Assembly: GCF_009914755.1 (NCBI RefSeq)
Contig: NC_060932.1
Reading direction: 5' to 3' (one strand)
Origin: the human T2T-CHM13v2.0 reference genome, Homo sapiens
DNA: 64,000 nucleotides
The translations under genes and the position numbers were made by a program. The notes beneath the pieces are model-generated. The model was given only the letters and a program-made list of their open reading frames with translations, was not told the DNA's origin and did not search any database. Below are positions 17,702 to 30,470 of the stretch, in pieces. Each line of letters starts with the position of its first letter. Within the stretch, counting starts at the first letter, position 1.

Positions 17702-18414
17702 GTTGGGAATTAAACACACACACTTTGGGCTAAGGGGAATTTTGATTTTTCATTTTAACCCCTTCATAAACGTGGACATGGCAGACAGGAGTCAAAATAG
17801 AAAGGAGCATGGAGACTCAGACTTCCAGGTATGCCTTACTGAACCTGTAGAAGGTACATTCTAACTAGCAAGCAGGGCCAAGGCTCTCCCCCTTGACTGC
17901 GGGCAATACCTGGGGAAAGGTGAGGGGTCTAATTAAGCCTTTGCATTCCCCAAACTTGGCAAAGTGCCTGGCAGAGTAGGAAGAAAAAAAATTGTTTTTA
18001 AGGAATGACGTATTAGACGATCAAGGCAACCAGGAAGGCTTTGGGTTGAAATATTCTAACCTTTGGTCATAAACCTTCCACCTGTACCTCAACTTCCACT
18101 TACATAGGCTGACTGCTCAGTTACCAAGCCTTCTCCTTAGAAAGACTTCCTTTCAATGCAAGCAGCAGAAAAAAGCGACTCAGCTTAAACTTCTCCTGGA
18201 GTTATGGGAACCGCCTCCTTCCTCTGTCGCTAATGGAGGACTAAGATGGGACTGGGAGCAAAGGAGCGTCTCTGAATGGCGGGGCAGTTGCAGCATCCCA
18301 CTTGGCAAGGGTCCTTGAATTACCTCCGCCCCCGCCCTGACCCCGCCCTAAACATCAAACTTAGAAACTCATCTTTCAGCAGCAGCGGTAGAGCAGTGAC
18401 CAGGCGTCTCCGCG

Positions 18415-18738
18415 ATGGGCCCCGGGGACTTCCGCCGCTGCAGAGAGAGAATTTCCCAGGGGCTCCAGGGACTCCCAGGTAGAGCGGAGCTTTGGTTCCC
18501 ACCTCGTCCCGCGTGCGACTTCTTCGGGGACGGCAGGAGCACGGACATCCAGGAGGAGGCCCTCGCCGCCAGCCCGCTGCTGGAGGACCTCAGACGACGG
18601 CTGACGCGCGCCTTCCAGTGGGCGGTGCAGCGCGCGATCTCGAGGCGCGTGCAGGAGGCGGCGGCGGCGGCGGCGGCGCGGGAGGAGCAGAGCTGGACGG
18701 GCGTTGAGGCCACCCTGGCCAGGCTGCGGGCGGAGCTG
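18415..18738 (+). CDS. AARD: AARD coding exon 1 (aa 1-108), alanine and arginine rich domain containing protein
   Basis: Kozak gcgATGg; MGPGDFRRCRERISQGLQGLPGRAELWFPPRPACDFFGDG...EAAAAAAAREEQ...RLRAEL; phase-0 donor CTG|GTGAGA; protein recognised as human AARD. Confidence 0.93.
18658..18678 (+). repeat. AARD: (GCG)7 encoding the poly-alanine tract
   Basis: Seven uninterrupted in-frame GCG codons. Confidence 0.95.
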
Positions 18739-19489
18739 GTGAGAGAGCGGGCTAGGCGGACGGCTCCCAGGGCTCCCTCTCCCGGGTCCTCTCCTCCAGC
18801 TGCAGAGCCGCTGGCCGCGTAGCCCACCCGACGCCTTGGGGGGCCCCTCAGGTCTGGACACGGCGTTGACGCCCCCGCCTCCCCAGCATCGTTGGGAAGG
18901 AAAAGGGCCCTGCAGGACCCATGGTGGGGGGTGGGGGCGGGGGTGCCTGGTCTACCAGTGACATACCCAAGATGTCTCCTCCCCAACCCGTTTCTATAGT
19001 TTTCTGCCCTGTAGGGAACTGTGACTATGTGTATGTATGGCTCGCGGAGGAGGAAATTTCCATGAAATAAACTCTCTCTTGCGATTGATGGAGTGTGTCC
19101 ATCAGTAACTCTTTCTTTATGCCCCGCAAGTTTTATTCTTATCTTTCCCGTGGGTAATAATTTAGAAAACTGGAAGTGATAAGGTATTTTGTAAAATTGC
19201 ACCATTTCGAACATTACACAGGTTACATCCGAATATTAAACAGGAGGGTGTATAGGTAAATATTTTAGCTGACTGATTTTTTTTAATTCAAAAAACTGGA
19301 AATTAGTCACAACTTGAAAAGGACACAATGAATAGGAGCAATCAGACTTTAAAATGGTGCTGCCTAGGAAAGTGTGCAGTGGAGACTTGACTTGGAAAAT
19401 TCTTCTCTTTTGCACTGATTACTAATACAATTAACCACTACTTTAGAACTGAGCCAACCATTAGTAAATTGTCTTATTTAAGAATGTTA

Positions 19490-19815
<326 letters not shown>

Positions 19816-20230
19816 AGGACAATATCCTAAATTCCGTGTCAGATTCAGATTGTTAACATGGGTTACATTAGATTTACTACCAGATTTACTATCTTATCCA
19901 ACAATGTCAAAGAAACACCTGGTTTTCACCCTGAGTCTAAGCAGTGAGTCTGAGCTGCAGGGTAGCCGGAGCCACCTCATTCGGCCACTGGAGGCCTGTG
20001 CTATGGGCCAGGATGCTAAACTGGAAGGCTGAAACCTGGCGCAGCCATCTCTGCATTGTAGTCTTGGGATCTGCCGGTACTCCTTCCTGAGCCTCAGGGG
20101 ACTCATATTTAAATCAGATGAGGAGATTACACTGAATAAGCTCAGAGACAGCTTTCAATCATAACATTTTAATAAGTTGCTTGTTAGGAGCTTTAGACAA
20201 GCAATATGTTGGGGGTGGCAATAAAATCTC

Positions 20231-20268
20231 ACGAGATCGGGTGCGTTCAGGGTGGTATGGCTGTAGAC
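20231..20268 (-). pseudogene. 5S rRNA 5' fragment (nt 1-38), tailless retropseudogene
   Basis: Reverse complement GTCTACaGCCATACCACCCTGAACGCaCCCGATCTCGT matches the 5S rRNA 5' end with two CpG transitions; 16-bp TSD ggtggcaataaaatct at 20214-20229 and 20273-20288. Confidence 0.92.
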
Positions 20269-22728
20269 CGCTGGTGGCAATAAAATCTAAACAGATGAGG
20301 GCTCAAATACCAACATTACCATTTACAGGTTCTGCTAACACTTGTTGGCCTTACAACTTTGGGATCGTTACTTAGCCAGTTTGAGTTTGTTTACCCATCT
20401 GTAAAATGGAATTTATAATCTCATAGGATTCCAGAGCTTATGTGAGATAATATTCCATGAAATGCTTAGACCATGGGTATTGTTTAGTGGCTCTTATTAT
20501 TATAATGATTACTATAGACCTTGGACTCTGACTGTACCAAAAAAGAACTGATACATTCCTATAAAAAAATCAGGAGTTTTTCTGGAAAGGAACCAGAGAA
20601 GTTTACACATACACAAATAATGTGTCCTTGGGTTACAGACGATGGTCAACATCTTGGTCAATCATTTTATCCTGGTCATAAAGAAGAGGCAAAGGAGTGT
20701 GGATACTGTACCTTAATATCATTACCACTAGAAGACTTAGTTTTCAATTTTCGGCTATTAACTGGATTTTTACAGGAACTGACATATATTCCTATACAAG
20801 TGTACATGTATCATATATTAGGATGATATTCGTAAGGAACGATGAACAAATTTAATTAATTTAGAGTTGTGTTGCAATTTATACTATTTTCTATTGTTTG
20901 ACTGGGTTTTCTTAGTAAGAATCATTCACTTCTAGGGTCTGTGAGTGCATCTCAGGGGTTCTATATACCTAAAATTGTATGCAGAATTTTTGATGTGCAT
21001 ATAGTTTTTCCTCAGAGAGGGTTCATAACTTTCATCAGATTCTCAGAGGGATCCTTGATGAAAGAAAAGTTAAAGAACCATTGATGTTTGAATTTCCTAA
21101 GTAAGTGTGAATTATACATACTTATTTTACTTAGATGGTAAATCATTACCAATAATTTTTCTCCTTGATTCTTGCATGAAAGTACAGGACGGATATTCAT
21201 CAGTTAATTAATTAATTAATTAATTCACTCACTCTTATAACAAACACACAGAGAACCTACTAGGTTGTGTGCCCAGGCAGTGCACTCTTAGTTGGGGATA
21301 CAATTATGAATAATATACAGCCTCTACCCTCAAAATCATCAGTCTCGTCTGGTCAGCGTGTTATGAGGCACTTGTACAGAGTGCTGTGGATGCACAGATG
21401 AGAGGCAATTATGTCTGCCCATGCAATCAGGGAGGGCTTCTCAGAAGAGCTGGCATTTGACTGGGTTCAGCAGAGAGAGGTGGCAAAGGGCATCTTAAAC
21501 AGAAATGGGGACAGAAAGAGGTGAGCTTCAGCTCAGCATTTATTTAGGGACTGGCAAGGTTTCTGACCAGCTGCAATGGGAGCTGGCATGGGAAAGAGGG
21601 CCAGGAAAGGAAGCTCAAAGTAGGGCAGGATTATAGAGCATCTGGGCCACCCTAGAGAGCTGAAGCTTCCTGCAGGCAAGGTGCAAGGGTTTTTTGTTGT
21701 GGTGGTTGTGTGGTTACTGTTAGTGCTTGTTTGCTGGATATTCATTTACTTTATTCTTTGCTAATTCTTGCTGTCAGAAAAATGATTCTAGGTGCTTCAG
21801 AATGGAGAGGAATGTCTCAGAGAAAAACTGAAAGATAATTTTATCCAGTAGCTTTATTTTGCAAATCAGATGACCATGAATATTTGCTTTTTACCAACAC
21901 ACTGTCCTGGTTCATCCTGGGGTGGTTTCTATTGACAAGCTGATGAAGCTTTTTTAGCAGAGAGAACAAATTCCTCGTGAACTGCATTAAACAAGCCCTA
22001 GCTGAAGAAATTTGCAAGTAGTTGATCATTAGTTTTCAGTTATAATACAAAGATTATGTTGGACTAAGCTTTCTTGGACTGCCCCCGGGTAACATGCCCT
22101 AGAGATCTTTTTTTAAACGCACGAGGACCTTCATAAACTCCCATTGAAGGATGGTATAAATCAGCCTTGATATGAAACAGATTTCACTCCAGAGTGAAAA
22201 ATGTTAGATTATATAAGTACACATAACTATACATGTGTCTCTAAGGTGTCATTAAATGTTTTTGCTCAGCAGGTAGACCATTTAAAATCCTGAAAACTTG
22301 AAATGATAAGTAATCAAGTAAATAGCACAGATTCTGAATACTCAGGTGGCTGTAGGCAGTTATCCTGTGGCTCAGAAGGCGCATAAAGATAAATGATTTC
22401 ATTGTGGATCACATGCTATTCCTTGAAAACAGCCTTCGGTGCATAGGTATTTTTCATATGGACAGCTTTGTGCATCAGCTACTTTTGTTTTCATTTCAAG
22501 CCATTTCAAAAACTATTTATATATCTGGATTTTACCTTGTCATATAGAAAGTCAGTTTTATAGCCAGACCAAACAGTTAAAACTGGAGAATAAGATGAGA
22601 AATACATCTTCCTTGATATCTTATTTTCTTTTCCTACAAACTTCTTATTTCTTCTGTGTAGTCAGAGAGTGGTTTCATTTGATCTGCATCTCAGGCTAAT
22701 AAAATTTTTATTTTTTTCTAACTTTTAG

Positions 22729-22872
22729 GTGGAAATGCATTTCCAAAACCACCAGCTGGCTAGAACTTTACTGGACCTAAACATGAAAGTGCAGCAATTG
22801 AAAAAGGAGTATGAACTGGAAATTACATCAGACTCCCAAAGCCCAAAAGATGATGCTGCGAATCCGGAATAA
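22729..22872 (+). CDS. AARD: AARD coding exon 2 (aa 109-155 plus stop)
   Basis: Polypyrimidine tract and ttttAG|GTG acceptor; in frame VEMHFQNHQLARTLLDLNMKVQQLKKEYELEITSDSQSPKDDAANPE*; spliced total 155 aa. Confidence 0.93.
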   Translation: MEMHFQNHQLARTLLDLNMKVQQLKKEYELEITSDSQSPKDDAANPE

Positions 22873-22889
22873 AGAAATGCACACGCAAG

Positions 22890-23192
22890 GGCTGGGCGCG
22901 GTGGCTCACGCCTGTAATCCCAGCACTTTGGGAGGCCGAGGCGGGCGGATCAAGACGTCAGGAGATTGAGACCATCCTGGCTAACACTGTGAAACCCTGC
23001 CTCTACTAAAAATACAAAAAATTAGCCAGACGTGGTGGCAGGCACCTGTAGTCCCTGCTACTCAGGAGTCTGAGGCAGGAGAATGGCGTGAACCCAGGAG
23101 ACAGAGCTTGCAGTGAGCCGAAATCCTGCCACTGCACTCCAGCCTGGGTGACAGAGCAAGACTCCATCTCAAAAAAAAAAAAAAAAAAAAAA
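22890..23192 (+). mobile_element. AluY-like element 17 nt after the AARD stop codon
   Basis: Full Alu with A tail; TSD core gcacacgc on both sides. Confidence 0.92.
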
Positions 23193-24147
23193 GCACACGC
23201 GAAGCTCTGGATCCTAAAACTAACGCATACAACCCTGAAACAATTCTGATGAACACATTATGCTTTGCATAAGTTTTGAGGGGCAATTTATAGACCCAAA
23301 ACAAATGACAGGGGAAGGTGACAGAAAAACATCTAAGAGAGGGGAGAGAAAAATGATGTATTACCAAGTTTTAAAGTTATTTATTTGTTATTTTTACTGG
23401 GACATAGAAGTAAAATATAACTATAGATAAATCTCTCTCTGTCTCTCTCACTCAAAGAATGCTTTAATGCCAACTTTCGGTATTCAACCTTGTGTCACCT
23501 GACCTTTCTGGCATTGCCTGAGCTTTCAGAGTTTGTGCTTGTTTTGTTTTACTTGATTATTCTCAGTTTGTCTGTCCAGCAGCCTGCCCTGCTTCTTGTG
23601 GAGAATTGTTTCTACTTGGATTCTAACCATGCCCTTTAGGTGGTCTGTGACTAAGGGTATTCCATCTTCCTGGATATAGTCATGCAGCTCAAGGCAGGCA
23701 GATGGGTTTGTCCTTAGGATTTTTGAATGGGCACTAAAAGAGTAGATGACTATTTCTGCCAGTAGAAGCTGTGGATCAGGGGCTTGGAAGCTGCTGGTGG
23801 TCACCATGTGAGAAAGCCCACACCCTAATGGAGGTGACTGAAACGGAACCACTAAAAGCACAAAAGGGGAGGGAGGGAGGGAGGGTGCTTCGCTTCCTTG
23901 TTCCTGGGGTCAAGCTGTATAAGACTCCAGGCCTTGCTCTTGTTTATGTACATGAAATATTCTGATATCCTTCTCATAAAATCTCTTTTTGCCTAAGTAA
24001 ATTCAAGCTGGAGTTTCATGACTTGTATCTAGTGTTCATAACTAATACAGTTGTTCAGTTTTAGGAGTTAAAATGGTTCTTACTGTTGAATTGGACTATC
24101 TAACTGTACCCGAAAAGTGCTGTCTTTTTAATGCAAACAGTAAAGTT

Positions 24148-24248
24148 AATAAAAAATAGTTGCAGATCTAAGTGATATTTATAATGGTTATTGTCTGCAA
24201 AATACAAATTAATTTATAACAAGCTATGTAATTTTAATATTTAATAAA
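24148..24248 (+). terminator. AARD: Candidate AARD polyadenylation signals
   Basis: AATAAA at 24148-24153 and 24243-24248; more AATAAA in the Alu tail ~24609-24636 followed by a GT-rich tract; which is used cannot be seen. Confidence 0.45.
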
Positions 24249-24321
24249 CTATAAAAATCAGTTCTTGAAGACAAAGGAGAACAGAAGAGACACAGTCTTT
24301 CTCTTGTTAAAAGAAATACAA

Positions 24322-24647
<326 letters not shown>

Positions 24648-27600
24648 TTATGTGTGTGAGGATCTGAGAATTATCTGGACTAAGTTTAGTTTGTCCTTAA
24701 CTTTTTTGTCCACAATAAGTAAATTATTCTAGCCCTTTGGTACTTAATTTCCCTCTGTATAAATGAGGAATTACCAAATTCAGCATTGGCAGATGAGCAG
24801 TTGCCAGCATCTCAATATCTGACCATTGTGTTCCTTCACACATTTTACGTATGAGCTCTTGGCCTATAAATATACGACTACTATATTAAATTTCATTTGT
24901 AAACTAGATTTCCTGTTTATTTCTTCCTTTGAATTTTATAGAAATTTTTAGGAAAGGGTTGGCATAGTTCCTTGTGATCTGTTTTTTGAAAAAGCTTCCA
25001 CTTAACCTTTGGGACAATCATTCTCAAGTGCATTTTAAAGATTAACATTTATAAATTGTTGTAATTTTGTGTTTAAAAAATACTCGAGGTGATTCATTGT
25101 ATGAGCTCAATTCCTTACAGAATACAGACTGCTGATGTTGGTTAATACTAATGTCATTTGATTATACTGATAATATATTGGGGATCAAAAGAAAGAAAAT
25201 TTAAAAGAGAAAGTATGAAAATTGATGCATTGATTTTCACATTTTTAGATTTAAAAAGGTCCATTATTGTATTGCAAAGTTTTGATCACCACTTTTTCCC
25301 CACATCTTTTAGTGATGAACTTTGGATCACTGTATTTTTTAGAGGCGACAGATACAGAAACAGAACGAGAAACTCCTTTGTGTCCAAAGTGTCTTGTTTA
25401 TGGAAGTCTGAGTCAGTGGAGGTGGCCTCTGATATTAACTGTGCAATGTGGAAATACAATGGGAGATTGATACATGGGACACTATCATTATTAAAAGTTT
25501 TTATTTTGTTTTCTCTCCAGTATGCTATCTCTTGCCTTTTGTTTGTAAAGTAGCAGAAGCCAGATGATTGTCTTTATATCGTTCTTTGCCATGGCGCTCA
25601 GCTGTTGGTCATTAGCTTGCTGGCCTGGCATCCTGTCAGCTGGGACACATGAGAAAGCAGAGAAACTTTTCTGAGGGCTGAGGCTGCCCTGCAATCTCCA
25701 CTTCCCCTCTTTCCAGGATTTCTAAATAAGCTGGAGCAACAGTGTGACATTGTAAAGATCTATGAAATGGGAGCGATCAAACTGGTGCCAGCTGGAGGGG
25801 AAAATGAGAAAATAATTATAACCTAAATTATGCATCGGGGAAGCAGTAGCTGGATAAAATGAAGAAAGTAAGATGTTCATAACAATAGTGGGAGAGAGAG
25901 GGCCAAAAGAAGAGACACTAAAAACAGTTTTGTGAGGAAAATATTGTGCTTGGGTTTTTCAAATGACACAATTTCTCACAGCTTTAATTATGTGGGGGAT
26001 TAAACCACGTTAGCAGGAAATGGGCTTTCACCATATGGTACTTGTTTAGCACCTACCAGTGAATAGATGCCAAATTAATTATGACAATTAGAAGCTTTGC
26101 ATAGGTTGTTAGGCATTAAATTCCTTTACAGGTGGCCTGGATGAATCCGCATTTTGTTTGGCTTGCCAAATGACTTCTGCTGTAACAGGTGCTTCTGCAA
26201 CTCCCAGCCTGGGGACAGATCAGAGTCCTCTGTGGGTAACCCCATGATGGCTGAGTCTAAACGAGTGTAATTATAAGAATCTCATCTCCCCTGCTCCCTT
26301 CCTGGCAGGGCCTAGGGTCCCGGCACAACCATCAGCTCTATTTACCGCTGTAATCACTGCCAGAATCCCTCTGTGCCTGGAACCTGGCACGATGCCCTCC
26401 AGTGCCAGCTGCCTTCTCTCTTGGTTGCTTTCACTGTTGCTGCTGCTGCCATTGCCGCAGCCTCTGTTTCCTTTTTGACCATGTCAGTAACGAAGGTTAT
26501 GGTAGGGTGAGAAATACAGTTAGGGTGACAGTTGAGTCTGTGCCACCTTGCCTACCTCTCGTCTGGCAGCCTCTTGTTCCATCTGAGCTGAGTGCTGGGC
26601 AGTAGGATTCAGATGGGTGGACACCTATTACAGTAGCCTGTGTCAAGCACTGCTTCTCAGGGGGCTGTGTACCTCTCATCTGCTTCCTGATTCTGACATT
26701 GATGCATATTGGGGGTGAGAGGGCTTCACCTCTTCCTGAGGAGCAATAATGTCATAGTCTTTCTCTTCTGGGACCAGTACAAGAGGGATCTGTTGAAAAG
26801 TAATAATGATGAAACTAACAAAGGAATCAGCCACCACTCCCGTACCAGCCATTGTGCCAAGAACTGTGCATGTATCAGCTTATTTAATCCTCACAGTGAC
26901 TTGTAGGTGTATAGGACCTGTTTTTGGAGCTATTTGAACTTGGTGTTTAGTCCTGGCTCTGCCACTTACCAACTATATGACCTAAAGCAAATTGCTTTAA
27001 ATTCTTTAGGTCTCTCTAAGGAAGCCAGTGAAAATGGGACCTGTCTTATTTAAATCTTAAGTAACTCAAATCAGGTTTGGGAGAATGAGTTAATGGCGAA
27101 TGAACTTCTACGTCATGTGTTTATTCCATATCTTTAGTTTCATATGATCTTACTACCTTTTTGGACTGATACTTTCCCTGCGCCCTTCTCTTCCTCACAT
27201 CTTTATGTCTTGGTGACCCTCTGCCACCTGCTCGCTGTTAGGATGTTGTCTCAGAGTTCCCTCTGTTGATTCAAAAATTGACTTAGCAAACATGGGAATA
27301 GGCAGCAGGAAGATAAAAAGTGAATAGTCGCTGCTACTTGCCAACCCCTGAATCTGCCTGGCATGCAGCGCTATGTATGTTTACAACGTAATTGTCCCAA
27401 CAAAACTGTGAGGTTGGAACTATCGCACTTCCCATTTTACAGAAGAAGAGAGTGAGTACTGGAGAGATGATGTAATTTATGACGATCCACTCAGCTAGCA
27501 CGTAGAGATGTCAAGATTCACATCTGATGTTTGGAGTGGTCTGGCTATTGGGCCCCTCCCAAACTAATGAGAGAGACCTGGAACTAGTGAGTAAATTCAA

Positions 27601-27956
27601 TATTATAATAGAAGAATGTATGAATTGCTAGGAGGGATGCTTTTTGCAGGAGTCAGACAATGAAGGTCTCATTGAAGACATGCCTCCAAGTTATTACTTG
27701 GTGTCCACCTGAAAAAAAGCCCTCACATCCTGTCTAAACTAGTTGAGTGATCTTGGATAAATTACTCCACCCTATTTAGCCTCATTTTTTTTTCATTTGA
27801 AAATGAGAGAGATAGTGGAAATGCCCCCTAAAACATTCCTCTAACTTAGAGCCTCTATTTTATTCTAATCCTGCCGGCTTGTAACTGGACCCTTCAATCA
27901 CTTGCTCCTGACTTGCCAAGACTTTCTGATTCCCGTTACAGCATGATGGACAGCTG

Positions 27957-27981
27957 ACCATTTGTCCCTGGCCCCTGGCAA
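27957..27981 (+). repeat. 25-bp exact dispersed direct repeat, copy 1 (copy 2 at 31567-31591)
   Basis: accatttgtccctggcccctggcaa identical at both positions. Confidence 0.95.
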
Positions 27982-29115
27982 TGAAGTAGACTCTCCTGGT
28001 CTCAAACCTTACCTGACCACAGCGTGAGCTGACGCAGCCTTGATGATGACAGAAAGCAATTCTTGTCACTCTTGGATGCCCCTCTGCTCTTTTCACCCAC
28101 ACCATGACTGCAGCCAGGGGCAAATGTCACATTTGCACTTCTGAGACAGACAAACATCACTTAGAACTTTTACGTGTTATGATTTTAGAGGCAGCCTGCT
28201 GTGGCAGACGCTGCTGGCTGAGAACCGCGCCTTGTGCAGCCTCTGCGGCCGGATGGTGGAGTTGGAATCTTGGCTCCTTCACTTCCTCACTATGTTAACA
28301 CTTCTGCAGTTCAGTTTGCTTATCTGTAAATGATTATGAATCATACTTACCCCAAGAGTTTGTTATGAGGATCTAGTGGACTAATACACATAAAGTGTTT
28401 AGAAGCATGAAAATAGTGGCTTATTTTTACAACAGCCAACCCAACAAGTGTTTTGCTCATCCTTCTTGCCTGTTGGAAGTGCCCAATTCCAAGATAGGGA
28501 CAGAGATGATAGCTTCACTTTTCCCAGTCCCTCTTGCAGTTCAAGATGGCTTTTGAATCCAGTTGTGTCTGATAAAACATAAAGGGAAGTTTACTGGGGG
28601 GTTTCTGAGAAACAATTTTTTCCCCTTACATGAAGAGAGAAAATAAGGTGTCTTCCTCCCTATCTCTTTTTTTCTTTCTTCCAGGTATTTTCACATGCAA
28701 TTGTAAAGCTTGCCTATGCTGCAGCCACCCTGTGACCTAGGTGGGAAATATAGCGGCACTTTGAAGATGACAGGACAGAAAGATGAAAAGCAGTGTCTTC
28801 AATGACATCAATGAGCTTCTGACCCCACCCTGCAACTGCCTACCTATGGCTAGTCTTGTTCTGTGAGACAATAACAATAATAAAATCCAATTGTTTGAGG
28901 CACTTTTATTGGGGTATTCAGTTTCTTGCACCTGAAAGCACCCTAACTGATAACTTAATCCCCCAAAACCTCCTGCCACAAAGGTTTGTGATAGTGCATC
29001 TCTGATGGCAACTGTACATATCATTGGAAACTATCGGCACAGGACTTCAGAGACATCATTACGTTGCTTAAATGTTTCACATATGCCTTTGGCGAGGATG
29101 AATTCTATGCAATAG

Positions 29116-30470
29116 TGTGTCCAGAATTTGGTGGGTTCTTGGTCTCACTGACTAAGAATGAAGCCACGGACCCTCACAGTGAGTGTTACATTTCTTGAAG
29201 ACGGTGCGTCCAGAGTTTGTTCCTTCTGATGTTCGGACACGTTCAGAGTTTCTTCCTTCTGATGGGTTCGTAGTCTTGCTGGCCTCAGGAGTGAAGCTGC
29301 AGACCTTTGCAGTGAGTGTTACAGCTCATAAAGGCAATGCAAACCCAAAGAGTGAGCAGCAGCAAGATTTATTGTAAAGGACAAAAGAACAAAACTTCCA
29401 CACAATTGAAAGAGAGCAGAGCCGGTAGCCACTGCTGGCTCTGGCAGCCTGCTTTTATTCCCTTATCTGGCCCCACCCTCATCCTGCTGATTGGTCCATT
29501 TTGCAGAGAGCTGATTGGTCCGTTTTGACAGGGTGCTGATTGGTGCGTTTACAATCCCTGGGCTACACACAAAAGTTCTCTAAGTCCCTACTAGATTAGC
29601 TAGACACAGAGCACTGATTGGTGCGTTTACAAACCTTGATCTAGACTCACGGTGCTGATTGGTGTGTTTACAATCCTTTAGCTAGACATAAAGGTTCTCC
29701 AAGTCCCCACCAGATTACCAAGATACAGAGTGCTGACTGGTGTGTTTTACAAACCTTGAGTTAGACACAAAGTGCTGATTGGTGTATTTACAATCCCTTA
29801 GCTAGACATAAAGGTTCGCCAAGTCCCCACTAGACTAAGGAGCCCAGCTGGCTTCACCTAGTGGATCCTGCACTGGCAGCAGGCGGAGCTGCCCGCCAGT
29901 CTCGCGCGCCCTGCGCCGGCAATCCTCAGCCCTTGGGCGGTGGACGGAACCGGGCGCCGCGGAGCAGGGGGCGGCGCTCGTCGGGGAGGCTCTGGCGTCG
30001 CAGGAGCCCACCGCGGGGGTTGGGAGGAGGCTCGGGCATGGCGGGCTGCAGTTCCCCAGCCCTGCGCCGCGGGGAGGCAGCTGAGGCCTGGCGAGAATTC
30101 GAGCGCAGTGCCGGCACTGCTGGGGAACCCGGCGCACCCTCCGCAGCTGCTAGCCCGGGTGCTAAGCCCCTCACTGCCCGGGCCGGCCGGCGGCTCCGAG
30201 TGCGGGGCCCGCGGGGCCCACGCCCACCCGGAACTCGCGCTGGCCCGCGAGCGCCGCGCGCAGCCCAGGTTCCCGCCCGCGCCACTCCCTCCACACCTCC
30301 CCACAAGCAGAGGGAGCTGGCTCCCGCATTGGCCAGCCCAGAGAGGGGCCCCCAGAGCGCAGTGTCGGGCTGAAGGGCTTCTCGAGCATGCCCAGAGCGG
30401 ACGCCGAGGCCGAGGAGGCGCTGAGAGCGAGCAAGGGCTGCGAGGGCTGCCAGCATGCTGTCACCTCTCA
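29116..30470 (-). mobile_element. Solo LTR12 (ERV9/HERV9 LTR, 12C/D/E-type), 1355 bp
   Basis: Minus strand starts TGAGAGGTGACAGC and ends ...GGACACA; TSD ATAG at 29112-29115 and 30471-30474; CpG-rich U3 ~29860-30450; tandem CCAAT repeats ~29485-29785; GATA site 29461-29468; AATAAAA TATA-like box 29453-29459; polyA signal 29368-29373. Confidence 0.93.

Larger units (their letters stand above)
18280..18900 (+). promoter_or_regulatory. AARD: CpG island / AARD promoter with GC boxes
   Basis: Sharp rise in GC and CpG over exon 1; ccgcccccgccc and ccccgccc boxes at ~18326-18348. Confidence 0.85.

Noticed and set aside
18369-19214. 281-aa minus-strand ORF and other ORFs overlapping AARD exon 1
   Set aside because: Antisense and alternative-frame shadows of a GC-rich CpG island; low complexity and no recognisable domain.
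20231-20268. Functional 5S rRNA gene
   Set aside because: Only nt 1-38 are present; no internal control region or terminator.
25158-25553. 131-aa ORF in unique sequence
   Set aside because: Starts at TTG, AT-rich, with no homology or splice support that I can recognise.
29485-29835. Regularly spaced repeats that could look like a CRISPR array
   Set aside because: These are LTR12 U3 tandem CCAAT repeats; the spacers are themselves repeated, the context is eukaryotic, and there are no cas genes.
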